Shown here piece by piece: positions 1-8,182 of a DNA stretch of 64,000 bases; position 1 is the stretch's first letter; each line of letters opens with the position of its first letter. The position numbers and the translations under genes were made by a program. Location: contig JANLHN010000003.1 of assembly GCA_024654505.1 (NCBI GenBank), forward strand, positions 167,037-231,036, written 5' to 3'. The notes under the pieces were generated by a model. It ran no database searches. It was not told where the DNA came from and saw only the letters and a program-made list of their open reading frames with translations. Source of the DNA: Nanobdellota archaeon (GTDB lineage Archaea > Nanobdellota > Nanobdellia > Pacearchaeales > GW2011-AR1).

Positions 1-1
1 A

Positions 2-145
2 TTAAAATCCGAAGTTGAAGATTTAGAAGGAGAAAAGGAAAAGACAAGGGGGCGTTTGGTAAAAATAGAAGAAACCAGAGATGATTTGTTAAAAGAGATT
101 GGTGAAATGGTAAAAAATCTTGAGGGGAAGATTAAATGGGAATAA
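2..145 (+). CDS. 3' end of a coiled-coil protein (partial; N-terminus lies outside the window)
   Basis: Frame 2 is open from the window edge to TAA at 143-145 and translates to ...LKSEVEDLEGEKEKTRGRLVKIEETRDDLLKEIGEMVKNLEGKIKWE. The ORF track does not list it because it has no start codon inside the window. Confidence 0.3.
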   Translation, partial: LKSEVEDLEGEKEKTRGRLVKIEETRDDLLKEIGEMVKNLEGKIKWE

Positions 146-605
146 TTCTTTCTGGCCAAATCTCGGTTAACTCTTGACCGTTTAGTTCAAAAGTATTTAG
201 TTTTCCAAAGACTTCCACTTTTCTTCCAACGTAACTACTAAGGTCTAAATTTCCTAAATAAACTTTTGTTCCATCAATATCATAAGGTAGACATCTCATC
301 AAGGTGGAATAAGATTTATTAGATAGTTCACAAGAGTTGTAATTTAAGATTCCTTTGAAAGATTCTTCTACTAAGAGAAGAGTTTCATATGAATTTCTAT
401 AACCCTCATCTAGAGAGGTTATATAGAGCCATTCATAAATAATGCCTGTGTAATTTGAACTATTTATTTGGGGAGGAATTGTTTTTAGAATTTTTTCGTC
501 CGTTCCATTATTATTTTTCTCTTTTGTTAAACTTCCCAAAGATATAATCAAAGTTATTAGGAGGATTATAGATATTAAGAGAATATAGTTATCTTTATTT
601 TTCAT
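132..605 (-). CDS. Hypothetical secreted or membrane-anchored protein (N-terminal signal/TM segment)
   Basis: 157 aa ORF. The N-terminus is a hydrophobic stretch (ILLISIILLITLIISLGS). No recognisable catalytic motifs. Confidence 0.45.
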   Translation of the reverse strand: MKNKDNYILLISIILLITLIISLGSLTKEKNNNGTDEKILKTIPPQINSSNYTGIIYEWLYITSLDEGYRNSYETLLLVEESFKGILNYNSCELSNKSYSTLMRCLPYDIDGTKVYLGNLDLSSYVGRKVEVFGKLNTFELNGQELTEIWPERIIPI

Positions 606-673
606 AGTTACTTTTTCAAAAGGAAATATTTAAACTTTAGGGTTTTTTGTTAGTTTATTCTCCCTAATTGTTC

Positions 674-895
674 TTATTGGAAAATCCTCCGAACCATATT
701 CTCTAGTCTTTTGGGTGGTCTTTTTTTACTTTCTCTTGTAGGTGGTCTTTCTAATTCTCCTAAAACCTTATTAGCCCTACAAATTAGGTAAGTAGATGCC
801 TCGGAAGGGCTATAGCCAATTCTCCTCCTCTCATGATACAACTTCACATATTCTCTTACTCCAAAAACCATTAGAGGGTTGGCTCTTCCTTCCAT
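674..895 (-). CDS. Small basic hypothetical protein, translationally coupled to the upstream nuclease gene
   Basis: 73 aa with a basic C-terminus (RPPTRESKKRPPKRLEN). Its start codon lies 2 nt beyond the stop of the 897..1670 ORF. Confidence 0.35.
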   Translation of the reverse strand: MEGRANPLMVFGVREYVKLYHERRRIGYSPSEASTYLICRANKVLGELERPPTRESKKRPPKRLENMVRRIFQ

Positions 896-896
896 T

Positions 897-1670
897 TTAT
901 CTGTTTCCTTTAACTTTTTGAAAATAGGGACAGATGTTTTGATAGCCGCAGTAATTACATAGTTGGCTAATGCATGCAGGAAATTCTGTTGCGTTCTCTA
1001 TTCTCGCGATTTTAATCATAACTTCTTCTTGCAATTTGTGGAGCTTTTCTTCCGTTGGTTCAGCAATCACTTGTTGGTTGTGAGCCAGCATATTCCAAAC
1101 GAGTTTTATAGAATTGGCTTCTGGAAAATTATTCCTTGCCCAGATAGAATACATTGCAAGTTGTTTGTCATTTTCAATTTCCCATTGTTCTTTCATTTGG
1201 GAACTTGTTTTATGATCTATAATATAATAATTACCTTCAGAATCTTTAGCAAAAAGATCAATCCGAACATGCCATTCATTGCCATCTGGAAGAGTCATCA
1301 TGTCTCTAGTCTCTAGTCCAATAATTTTTAACTTGTCAAATGGTGTGTGTTTGTCATAATAATCTAATAAGAATTTTTCTCCTTTTTTTCTATAATCGTC
1401 TGGAGTCATATATTCTTTTACAATTAAAATGTCGTCGTTGTATTCATTATCCCATAAGTTATTGTAAAATCTTATAGTTTCTTCTTTAGATAGTTTAAAT
1501 AAAGTTTCAATGGTTTTGTAGAGTTTTTCTAGTGTTTGATGAACTAAATTTCCCATAAATCCTTCAATTGTTGTAGGGAAATCTGGTTTTAGCCAGTCTA
1601 TATACTTCAACTTATATTGATATGGGCACTGTTCAAAAGTGCTTATTTTAGAATGGGAATATCTCGCCAT
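897..1670 (-). CDS. PD-(D/E)XK nuclease with C-terminal Fe-S cysteine cluster (Cas4-like / RecB-family exonuclease)
   Basis: N-terminal SKISTFEQCPYQYKLKY carries the first Cys and the RecB-type motif. A QxxxY motif is present (DKQLAMYSIW). IIDHKTS is a D-x-K-like core. The C-terminus has three Cys (C-x5-C-x2-C: CISQLCNYCGYQNICPY). Together with the N-terminal Cys this is the 4-Cys pattern of Cas4/AddB nucleases. Confidence 0.6.
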   Translation of the reverse strand: MARYSHSKISTFEQCPYQYKLKYIDWLKPDFPTTIEGFMGNLVHQTLEKLYKTIETLFKLSKEETIRFYNNLWDNEYNDDILIVKEYMTPDDYRKKGEKFLLDYYDKHTPFDKLKIIGLETRDMMTLPDGNEWHVRIDLFAKDSEGNYYIIDHKTSSQMKEQWEIENDKQLAMYSIWARNNFPEANSIKLVWNMLAHNQQVIAEPTEEKLHKLQEEVMIKIARIENATEFPACISQLCNYCGYQNICPYFQKVKGNR

Positions 1671-1752
1671 GATTGTGAAAAAATCTAACCAGTATAAAAA
1701 GGTTTAGTGACCTATTTATAAAAAATAAAAAAATAAAAAAATAAAATTTTGT

Positions 1753-1989
1753 TTAGTTATGAGCTGTGCAGCATCCGTACCCTCTGTGCTTGCTCATCCT
1801 TCCGAAACCGAACAATAGTAGACCAATCAAATAGTACAATAATGCACCCCAGTTCCAAAAAAGGACCATACTTGCTAACTGGACTTGAAAACCTGCTACT
1901 AAAAAGTAGATTCCAGCTGTCATAAGGATTATCCCCAATAATCCGGCACCGTGGTTACATGAACATTCTTCTTTTTTTGCCATCTTCAC
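1753..1989 (-). CDS. Small membrane protein (two predicted TM helices)
   Basis: 78 aa with hydrophobic segments GLLGIILMTAGIYFLVAGF and LLYYLIGLLLFGFG. Confidence 0.4.
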   Translation of the reverse strand: MKMAKKEECSCNHGAGLLGIILMTAGIYFLVAGFQVQLASMVLFWNWGALLYYLIGLLLFGFGRMSKHRGYGCCTAHN

Positions 1990-2046
1990 CTCCTGATAAA
2001 ATTAGAATAATTAACTTTATATATATTCTGATTTGATAAGATTCAT

Positions 2047-2164
2047 GCGTGGGTAGTATAAAGTAACAAACAAGTTGCTTCGAGAATACAACCCACAAAT
2101 AAATCGCGTGGGTAGTATAAAGTAACGGCATAGCCGTTTCGAGAATACAACCCCCAAATAAATC
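2047..2164 (+). repeat. Two tandem 59-nt units (2047-2105, 2106-2164). Each unit is a copy of the first 14 nt of tRNA-Gly followed by a hairpin module
   Basis: GCGTGGGTAGTATA occurs at 2047, 2106 and 2165, where 2165 is the real tRNA 5' end. Unit 1 hairpin is AAGTAAC-AAACAA-GTTGCTT. Unit 2 hairpin is AAGTAACGGC-ATA-GCCGTTTC. Both units then share CGAGAATACAACCC(A/C)CAAATAAATC. Confidence 0.8.
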
Positions 2165-2236
2165 GCGTGGGTAGTATAGTGGTTATTATTCGACGTTGCC
2201 AACGTTGGGGCCCGGGTTCGATTCCCGGCCCGCGCA
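2165..2236 (+). tRNA. tRNA-Gly (anticodon GCC)
   Basis: Manual fold. Acceptor GCGTGGG/CCCGCGC (one GU pair), discriminator A. Anticodon stem CGACG/CGTTG, loop TTGCCAA. T-arm CCGGG-TTCGATT-CCCGG. 72 nt with no encoded CCA. Confidence 0.8.
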
Positions 2237-2309
2237 TATTGGGGAATCGAACCCTGTGAGAGATTGGCCTCTGAGAGGTCTGCAACTTGTTGCCGAGGCC
2301 CGCGCATAT
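2227..2309 (+). repeat. Direct repeat of the tRNA-Gly 3' end (GGCCCGCGCATAT at 2227-2239 and 2297-2309), flanking a 57-nt segment that contains an inverted T-loop fragment
   Basis: Exact 13-nt duplication spaced 70 nt. The intervening GGGGAATCGAACCC is the reverse complement of a T-arm. Confidence 0.7.
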
Positions 2310-2363
2310 CTATTTTTTATATGAAATCATTACATTTTTAAAGTTCTTTTATTTAGTTATTCA

Positions 2364-3089
2364 ATGAAAGGTGATGTTTTTTCAAAGAATAGTATTTTTT
2401 TATTAATGTTTATTCTTTTTGCTGCTGGTTATGTCATCGGAGGCCAAGTAGTTATAACAAAAGTTCCTGTTACTACTAATACACCTTTTCATAATTTAGT
2501 TAGTATCGCTGATTCTAGTGGTTTTTCTGTAGATAGTAATGCTGATAATAAAATTGATGCGGCGAATAATGCCGATTGGGCTACCAACGCTAGTAATGCT
2601 GAGAGTCTCGGTGGTGTAGTTGCTGCCAAATATGTTCGACGTGATTGTGTTTACTTAAAAGATAATACTGGAGGTAATGCTGGCACCAATATATACAATT
2701 CAGGTAATGCCCATATTGTACCTGTCAATATTCCCTCAGGTGTTTGTGGAAATGGTTATGGTGCTCCGACCAAGTGTACTATTGTTATGCTTACATCTAA
2801 TTATGGTGGGAGTTCTGATACTGCCGTAGCAGAGTATTTCCAAAATGATGGTCTCGGTACGTGGGGAGCTATTGTGGGTGGTACGATTCGTGGTAGTGTT
2901 GCAGCTACAGGCAATTCAGGTAATAATGGCGATGGGATCAGAGATGTTATTATGAGAGATTCTCAATCTACAAAGAAGATTTTCTTGTATGATGACGATT
3001 CTTCTGAGACGAGCACCAATACCCAATGGGTTTTATCTGATAGTGATGATAACTGGGCTGTGAGTTGGGTTATGTTATGTAACTATTAG
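2364..3089 (+). CDS. Secreted/surface Gly/Asn/Ser-rich protein with an N-terminal TM anchor and a possible phage tail-fibre-like motif
   Basis: N-terminal hydrophobic segment IFLLMFILFAAGYVIGG. G/N/S-rich sequence. The segment NADWATNASNAESLGGVVAAKYVRRD resembles the NA(D/E)xLxGxxAxx(F/Y) motif of tail-fibre proteins. Confidence 0.45.
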   Translation: MKGDVFSKNSIFLLMFILFAAGYVIGGQVVITKVPVTTNTPFHNLVSIADSSGFSVDSNADNKIDAANNADWATNASNAESLGGVVAAKYVRRDCVYLKDNTGGNAGTNIYNSGNAHIVPVNIPSGVCGNGYGAPTKCTIVMLTSNYGGSSDTAVAEYFQNDGLGTWGAIVGGTIRGSVAATGNSGNNGDGIRDVIMRDSQSTKKIFLYDDDSSETSTNTQWVLSDSDDNWAVSWVMLCNY

Positions 3090-3164
3090 TTGGGGCAGCC
3101 TTGTCTAAATGGCTTTGAAATTTACCACAATAATCCTTAATAACCTCTTATTTTTGTCTATTTT

Positions 3165-3830
3165 ATGATAGATGCTTTGATTCTCGCTGGAGAAAGAGCC
3201 ATGTTCAGGCGGGCCCAGGTTCCAAAAGCCTTGATGAGAGTTAATGGAAAAGAACTAATTGCTCATCAAATTGATTATTTAAAAGACAAGGTTTCTAGGA
3301 TAATTGTTTCAACAGGTATTGGAGATTCTGCTAAGGAAATTGAAGATTTTGTTTATGAGTCTTATCCCGAATTAGCTATTATTTGTGTCCCGGAAAATCA
3401 GCCTTTGGGGACTGCCGGAGCAATAAAAAACTGTGTGGGTGTAGTAGAAACTGATAGAGTCTTAGTTGTGAACTGTGATGATATTTGTGATATTGATTTG
3501 GTTGAACTTGACAAACTTTTTGGAGATATTATATGTGTCCGTTCACCCCAATTACAATTTGGAATTATTAAACAAAACTTCCCTGATGAAGAAAAGGTTC
3601 TTGGGAGATACTCTTTTGTGGAAAAGCCCATTCTTAAGGGATTATGGACTAGTTGTGGTTGGTATCTTTTGAAGAAAAAGACTATCAGGCAATTTCCAGT
3701 TAAGGGGAGTATAGAGTATAATGTATTTCCCAAACTTAATTTTAATGTTTACAAACACTTGGGAAAGTGGCACACATTTAATACGCAGAAAGATGTTGAG
3801 GTTTTTGAAATGAATGGTGGGAAGATTTAA
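3165..3830 (+). CDS. Sugar-phosphate nucleotidyltransferase-family protein (degenerate G-loop)
   Basis: N-terminal [12 protein letters not shown]...[12 protein letters not shown] matches the LxxAGGxGxRL NTP-transferase signature in degenerate form. The gene is thermosome-adjacent. Confidence 0.5.
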   Translation: MIDALILAGERAMFRRAQVPKALMRVNGKELIAHQIDYLKDKVSRIIVSTGIGDSAKEIEDFVYESYPELAIICVPENQPLGTAGAIKNCVGVVETDRVLVVNCDDICDIDLVELDKLFGDIICVRSPQLQFGIIKQNFPDEEKVLGRYSFVEKPILKGLWTSCGWYLLKKKTIRQFPVKGSIEYNVFPKLNFNVYKHLGKWHTFNTQKDVEVFEMNGGKI

Positions 3831-5416
3831 TCATACCCAGACATATTGCTGAGGGTGCCAGGTCTTCCTTGAGATTTTCTTGCTGCAATAACATCATCGA
3901 TTCGGAGAATCATTATTGCGACTTCGCTTGCAGAAGCTATTGCTTGTGTTTTGACTTTTAACGGCTCGATGATTCCTTTCATCATAGTATCTTCAATCTT
4001 CCCTGTGAAGAGGTTTAATCCTGCATTTCGATTATTTGCGTCATGACTTGCCCTTAGTTCTGTTAAAACGTCAATAGGGTCCATTCCTGCGTTTTCTGCA
4101 AGGGTTCTTGGGATAAACTCCATAGCCGAAGCAAATTCTTCAACAGCCAATCTTTCTCTTCCCCTGAGGGTATTTGCAAATTCTTTTAGTCTTTTACATA
4201 ATTCTATTTCAACCGCCCCCCCACCAGCAACAACTTTTGAATCTTCCATTGTAGATGCAACATCTCCCAAGGCATCACGAATGGCTCTTTCTACTTCGTC
4301 AATAACGTGGTCTGTTCCCCCACGGATTAGAATTGTTAGTGCTTTTGGATTTTTACAACCCATAATATATGTCATTCCCTCTCCACCCTCTTTTCTTTCC
4401 TCAACATATGCGGCAAACCCTAAATCTTCCTCCCTTAGTTCAGTTAATTTAGAAACCACTCTAGCTCCTGTGGCTTTTGAAAGGCTTTGCATATCTTTTT
4501 TTGAAACCCTTCTAACTACATAAATTCCTGCCCTTGCTAGATAAAATTGAACCAGCTCATCAATCCCTTTTTGAACAATTAGAACGTTTGCTCCAGAATT
4601 TTTTATTTTTTCTACTTTAGATTTAAGGAGGGAGTCTTCTTGATTCATGAAACTTTGTAATTGTTCTGGTGTGGAAATTGAGAGTCTTGTCTCTGTCTCG
4701 AGCCCTTTTATTTCTAGGGCCTCTTCTACAAGAGCAATTTTGGCATTTTCAACCCTTTTTGGCATTTCGAGATTAACTCTCTCGTTATCTAGAACAATTC
4801 CTTTTATTAATTCGGTATCTTCTAGAGATTTCCCTTTTTGTTTCTCAATCCTTATATCTTCTAAATCTACTTTCCCCTTTTCAGAGACCATCTTTACTGC
4901 TTCAACGATTATCTCGCTGAATTTTTCTCTTAAATACTCTGCCCCCTTTCCTGTCATTGCAGTTTGGGCGATTTTCATTAGTTCTTCTTCAGAATCTATC
5001 TCAACAGACAGCTCTTTTAGGATTATTTGTGCCTTTTCTTCAGCCCACCTATAGCCTCTAGTGATTATTGTAGGATGTATTCCTTGGTCAAGCAATTTTT
5101 CTGCATTCTCAAGGAACTTTCCTGCTAACATTACAGCGGTTGTTGTTCCATCCCCCACCTCTAAATCTTGGGTCTTTGCAATATCTACAATCATTTTTGC
5201 TGCAGGATGTTCAATATCCATCTCTTTGAGAATAGTTACCCCATCATTTGTGATTATAATGTTTCCCACCTTGTCAACCAACATTTTATCCATTCCTTTT
5301 GGACCCAAAGTTGTTTTTACTGTTTCAGCGACGACTCTTGCAGCCAGAATATTGTTCCTTTGTGCATCTCTGCCTAGTATCCGACTACCTTCATTAGAAG
5401 TTATGTTCTCGACCAT
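3827..5416 (-). CDS. ths: Thermosome subunit (group II chaperonin)
   Basis: [33 protein letters not shown] and [13 protein letters not shown] are canonical group II chaperonin motifs. The start was trimmed from 5524 to the MVENITS methionine. A TTATAAA box lies ~25 nt upstream of that ATG, consistent with a leaderless transcript. Confidence 0.9.
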   Translation of the reverse strand: MVENITSNEGSRILGRDAQRNNILAARVVAETVKTTLGPKGMDKMLVDKVGNIIITNDGVTILKEMDIEHPAAKMIVDIAKTQDLEVGDGTTTAVMLAGKFLENAEKLLDQGIHPTIITRGYRWAEEKAQIILKELSVEIDSEEELMKIAQTAMTGKGAEYLREKFSEIIVEAVKMVSEKGKVDLEDIRIEKQKGKSLEDTELIKGIVLDNERVNLEMPKRVENAKIALVEEALEIKGLETETRLSISTPEQLQSFMNQEDSLLKSKVEKIKNSGANVLIVQKGIDELVQFYLARAGIYVVRRVSKKDMQSLSKATGARVVSKLTELREEDLGFAAYVEERKEGGEGMTYIMGCKNPKALTILIRGGTDHVIDEVERAIRDALGDVASTMEDSKVVAGGGAVEIELCKRLKEFANTLRGRERLAVEEFASAMEFIPRTLAENAGMDPIDVLTELRASHDANNRNAGLNLFTGKIEDTMMKGIIEPLKVKTQAIASASEVAIMILRIDDVIAARKSQGRPGTLSNMSGYD

Positions 5417-5442
5417 ATTTGAGGGAGAGTTGGTTTGTTTAT

Positions 5443-5573
5443 AAGAATTATTGTGGTGGGATTGGAGATTGGTTTGGGTAATTCTTTCCTTTGGAACTAC
5501 ATGCCGGAGGCATGAGTTAAGCACGTTCTCGCTATGCTCGCTTTCGCACTTAAAGAATTATTGTGGTGGGATT
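5443..5573. promoter_or_regulatory. 21-nt direct repeat AAGAATTATTGTGGTGGGATT (5443-5463 and 5553-5573) in the divergent thermosome/CBS promoter region
   Basis: Exact duplication spaced 110 nt. The first copy overlaps the BRE/TATA region of the thermosome promoter. A CATGCC-GGA-GGCATG hairpin and a GC-rich palindrome GCACGTTCTCGCTATGCTCGCTTTCGCAC lie between the copies. Confidence 0.5.
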
Positions 5574-5627
5574 TGTCACATTTGTGCAGTAAAAAAGATA
5601 TTTAAAGATGTTTTACCTTGTTTAAAT

Positions 5628-6185
5628 ATGGAATCTGGTGTTAAAGTGGGAGATATTATGACTCGAAATTTTGTTCATGTTACTCCTGAGACTGACCTCT
5701 TGAGTTGTGCAAGAACCATGATTAAAAAGAGGGTTGGAAGCTTAATCATCAAAGAAGGAGATAAATTAAAAGGAATTTTGACTGAAAAGGATATTATCTG
5801 GGCAATTGTTAAAAAGTCTAAGAGTGATTTAAAAGGGATTTTTGCAAAAGATTTAATGAAGAGGAAGGTGGTGACCATAAAACCTTCTGCTGATTTGGCC
5901 GAGGCAATGAGACGTCTTAGAAAGAAGAAAGTTCGAAGATTGCCAGTCGTTGAAAATGGATTGGTTATTGGGATGTTAACATATAAAGACATTCTTAGAA
6001 TTGATCCAGGGCTATATGACTTGATTTCTCAGAATTTTAGCATACGTGAGGAAGCTAAAAAACTAAAGAGGAGGTTTATGGCAATTTCTCGAGGCCATGG
6101 TACCTGTGAAGAATGTGGAGAGCATGGGGTTCTATTTAAAACAGATATGCAAAGCTTATGTGAAAGTTGTTATAATAACCGGTAA
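5628..6185 (+). CDS. CBS-domain pair protein with C-terminal zinc ribbon
   Basis: Two CBS-like segments (VKVGDIMTRNFVHVTPETDLL...; LMKRKVVTIKPSADLAEAMRRL...RLPVVENGLVIGMLTYKDIL). C-terminal CEECGEHG...CESC. The start was moved to the MESGVKVG methionine at 5628, with TATTTAAAG ~25 nt upstream. Confidence 0.7.
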   Translation: MESGVKVGDIMTRNFVHVTPETDLLSCARTMIKKRVGSLIIKEGDKLKGILTEKDIIWAIVKKSKSDLKGIFAKDLMKRKVVTIKPSADLAEAMRRLRKKKVRRLPVVENGLVIGMLTYKDILRIDPGLYDLISQNFSIREEAKKLKRRFMAISRGHGTCEECGEHGVLFKTDMQSLCESCYNNR

Positions 6186-6237
6186 TCTTGCTCTCCAAAA
6201 ACATTTATATACGCTTTTGTTCTTTTAAAAGACGAAG

Positions 6238-6732
6238 ATGGTACAGATAAAGAATGTATTGAAGCAAAATGTTAAACAGAAGGGTCATTGGAATTTTGTT
6301 GATTTGTATAATCTTGGTTTTGAATGGTTTAAGGATAATAGTTACCATTTAATGGAGAAAGAATACACAGAGAAAATATCTGCTCTTGGGAAGGAGATTG
6401 TGCTTATATGGGAAGCTGAAAAAAAGGTAACTGACTATTTTAAATATAAAATTAGTATAAAATGGCATATTCTTGGGATGAAGGATGTGGAAGCTGAAAA
6501 AGATGGACAGAAAATTGAGACTAATAAGGGAGATGTCAAAATGATATTTACGGCAGACCTTATTAAGGATTATGAGAAAAGGTGGGAAGATAAGCCCCTT
6601 TGGAAGTTCCTGAGAGGAACGTATGACCAGTATATTATTCGGACAACAGCCGAACAACATGAAAAGAAGCTAGAAGAGGATGCTCTAGAGCTCATATCCC
6701 AGGTAAAGGCGTTTTTGATGATGGGAAAATAG
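6238..6732 (+). CDS. Hypothetical protein
   Basis: 164 aa ORF in a coding-dense region, with no recognisable motif. Confidence 0.4.
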   Translation: MVQIKNVLKQNVKQKGHWNFVDLYNLGFEWFKDNSYHLMEKEYTEKISALGKEIVLIWEAEKKVTDYFKYKISIKWHILGMKDVEAEKDGQKIETNKGDVKMIFTADLIKDYEKRWEDKPLWKFLRGTYDQYIIRTTAEQHEKKLEEDALELISQVKAFLMMGK

Positions 6733-6741
6733 AAACAGGCG

Positions 6742-8145
6742 TTGAATCACAATAATCTTTATAAAATAATCTTGGCGTGTTTTCCTATGAGTAAATTGAT
6801 GTTTTTAGTTGTGATGATGTTTTGTTTGGGAACTGTTTCTGCATTGGAAATTTCAGCTACTTCTGACACAAATGTAATAGTTAAGGATGTTGGAAGTGTA
6901 ATAAAATTAACTCTTAAAATAAGTAACGCTACAAATGGGAGTTATAATGTATACACCCTCTCAGATATCGCATTGACTCCTTCAGAAGTTTTTGAAATTC
7001 CAGAAGGGTTTATTACCAAAGAGTTTATTTTGACTCCTTTAGACAATCTTGATGTAGAGGGGCCTTATACTTTTACCTATACTTTAAATCATCGTGATGT
7101 TGAAAAAATTGATAAAAAATTTACGGCCAATCTATTAAATCTTGAGGATGTAATTGAAATTGGTAGCGAGGAAATTAATTCTAGTTCTAATGAAATTTCT
7201 TTTTATGTAAAAAATAAAGAAGATGTGTATCTAAAAGGTTTATCTGCGAAATTTAGTTCTCTTCTCTTTGATGTTGAGAAAACATTTGATTTAGAGCCAT
7301 TCGAGAAAAAGATTATTAAAGTTGTTGTTGATGGTTTTAAATTGAAAAAAACAAAGGCAGGAGTATATATTATCTCGGGGGTATTTGATACTAACAAGGG
7401 TGGGAAAGAAATCAAAGGGAACCTTTATTTGGGAGAGAAAAAAGGTATTGTGGTTACGGAGGATTCTTCCGGTTTTTTAATTAAGACTTATACCATTAGT
7501 AAAATAAATACTGGAAATGTTTTTGAATCTGTGGAGATTGATATAGAAAAGAATATTATCTCGAGGCTATTTACTAATTTTAATATAGAACCAACTTTCA
7601 CTGAAAGATCTGGGTTTATTGTAAAATATGTTTGGACAAGGGATAGGCTTGGACCAACAGAGGTTTTGACAGTGAAATCTGAGACAAATTATATCCTCCC
7701 ATTATTCTTTATTATTGTTCTCTTAATTGTAATCTTTGGTTTTAAGAGGTTCAGAGAATCAAAATTGGTCTTAAATAAATCTGTGAAATATGTTAAAACT
7801 AAAGGAGGAGAATTTGCATTGAAAGTTACATTGTCATTAAAAGCTTCTAAGGCTATAAGTAATGTAACTTTAATTGATAAGATTCCAATTGCTGTTAAGG
7901 TTTATGAAAAGTTTGGGATGGTTAAACCTGACAAAATTGATCCAGAAAGTAGAAGATTACACTGGCATATTGGGAATTTAAATGCTGGAGAAGAAAGAAT
8001 ATTTAACTATATTGTCTATTCAAAAGTAGGTTTTGTTGGGAAGTTTGCTCTTCCAGAAGCCGTTGCCGTCTTTGAGAAAGAGGACAAAATCCATGAAGTT
8101 AATTCTAATCAGGTTTTCTTTATGAGTGACCAGGTTTCTGAATGA
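6742..8145 (+). CDS. Hypothetical surface/envelope protein (signal peptide, C-terminal TM anchor)
   Basis: N-terminal hydrophobic LMFLVVMMFCLGTVSA. C-proximal TM segment YILPLFFIIVLLIVIFGF. Beta-rich repetitive extracellular portion. Confidence 0.5.
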   Translation: MNHNNLYKIILACFPMSKLMFLVVMMFCLGTVSALEISATSDTNVIVKDVGSVIKLTLKISNATNGSYNVYTLSDIALTPSEVFEIPEGFITKEFILTPLDNLDVEGPYTFTYTLNHRDVEKIDKKFTANLLNLEDVIEIGSEEINSSSNEISFYVKNKEDVYLKGLSAKFSSLLFDVEKTFDLEPFEKKIIKVVVDGFKLKKTKAGVYIISGVFDTNKGGKEIKGNLYLGEKKGIVVTEDSSGFLIKTYTISKINTGNVFESVEIDIEKNIISRLFTNFNIEPTFTERSGFIVKYVWTRDRLGPTEVLTVKSETNYILPLFFIIVLLIVIFGFKRFRESKLVLNKSVKYVKTKGGEFALKVTLSLKASKAISNVTLIDKIPIAVKVYEKFGMVKPDKIDPESRRLHWHIGNLNAGEERIFNYIVYSKVGFVGKFALPEAVAVFEKEDKIHEVNSNQVFFMSDQVSE

Positions 8146-8182
8146 TTGTAATGTTTTTATACCCTATACATATCGATTTACT

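Noticed and set aside
963-1316. Plus-strand ORF 963..1316
   Set aside because: It is antisense to the well-supported Cas4-like nuclease gene, with a Phe/Leu-rich translation typical of antisense AT-rich coding DNA.
2017-2307. ORFs 2017..2307 and 2043..2285 (minus strand)
   Set aside because: They lie entirely over tRNA-Gly and its flanking repeat units. The translations are low-complexity and the region is better explained by RNA genes or repeats.
2237-2310. Possible second, minus-strand tRNA in the segment between the two GGCCCGCGCATAT repeats
   Set aside because: It contains a T-loop-like GGGTTCGATTCCCC but no acceptor stem, D-arm or anticodon arm can be formed. It was interpreted as an inverted T-arm fragment, not a gene. 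A split or intron-containing tRNA cannot be fully excluded.
4281-5444. Multiple plus-strand ORFs inside the thermosome gene (and similar antisense ORFs inside gyrA, gyrB, ppsA, proS, GluRS)
   Set aside because: They are antisense to strongly supported genes, with Ser/Phe/Leu-rich low-complexity translations.
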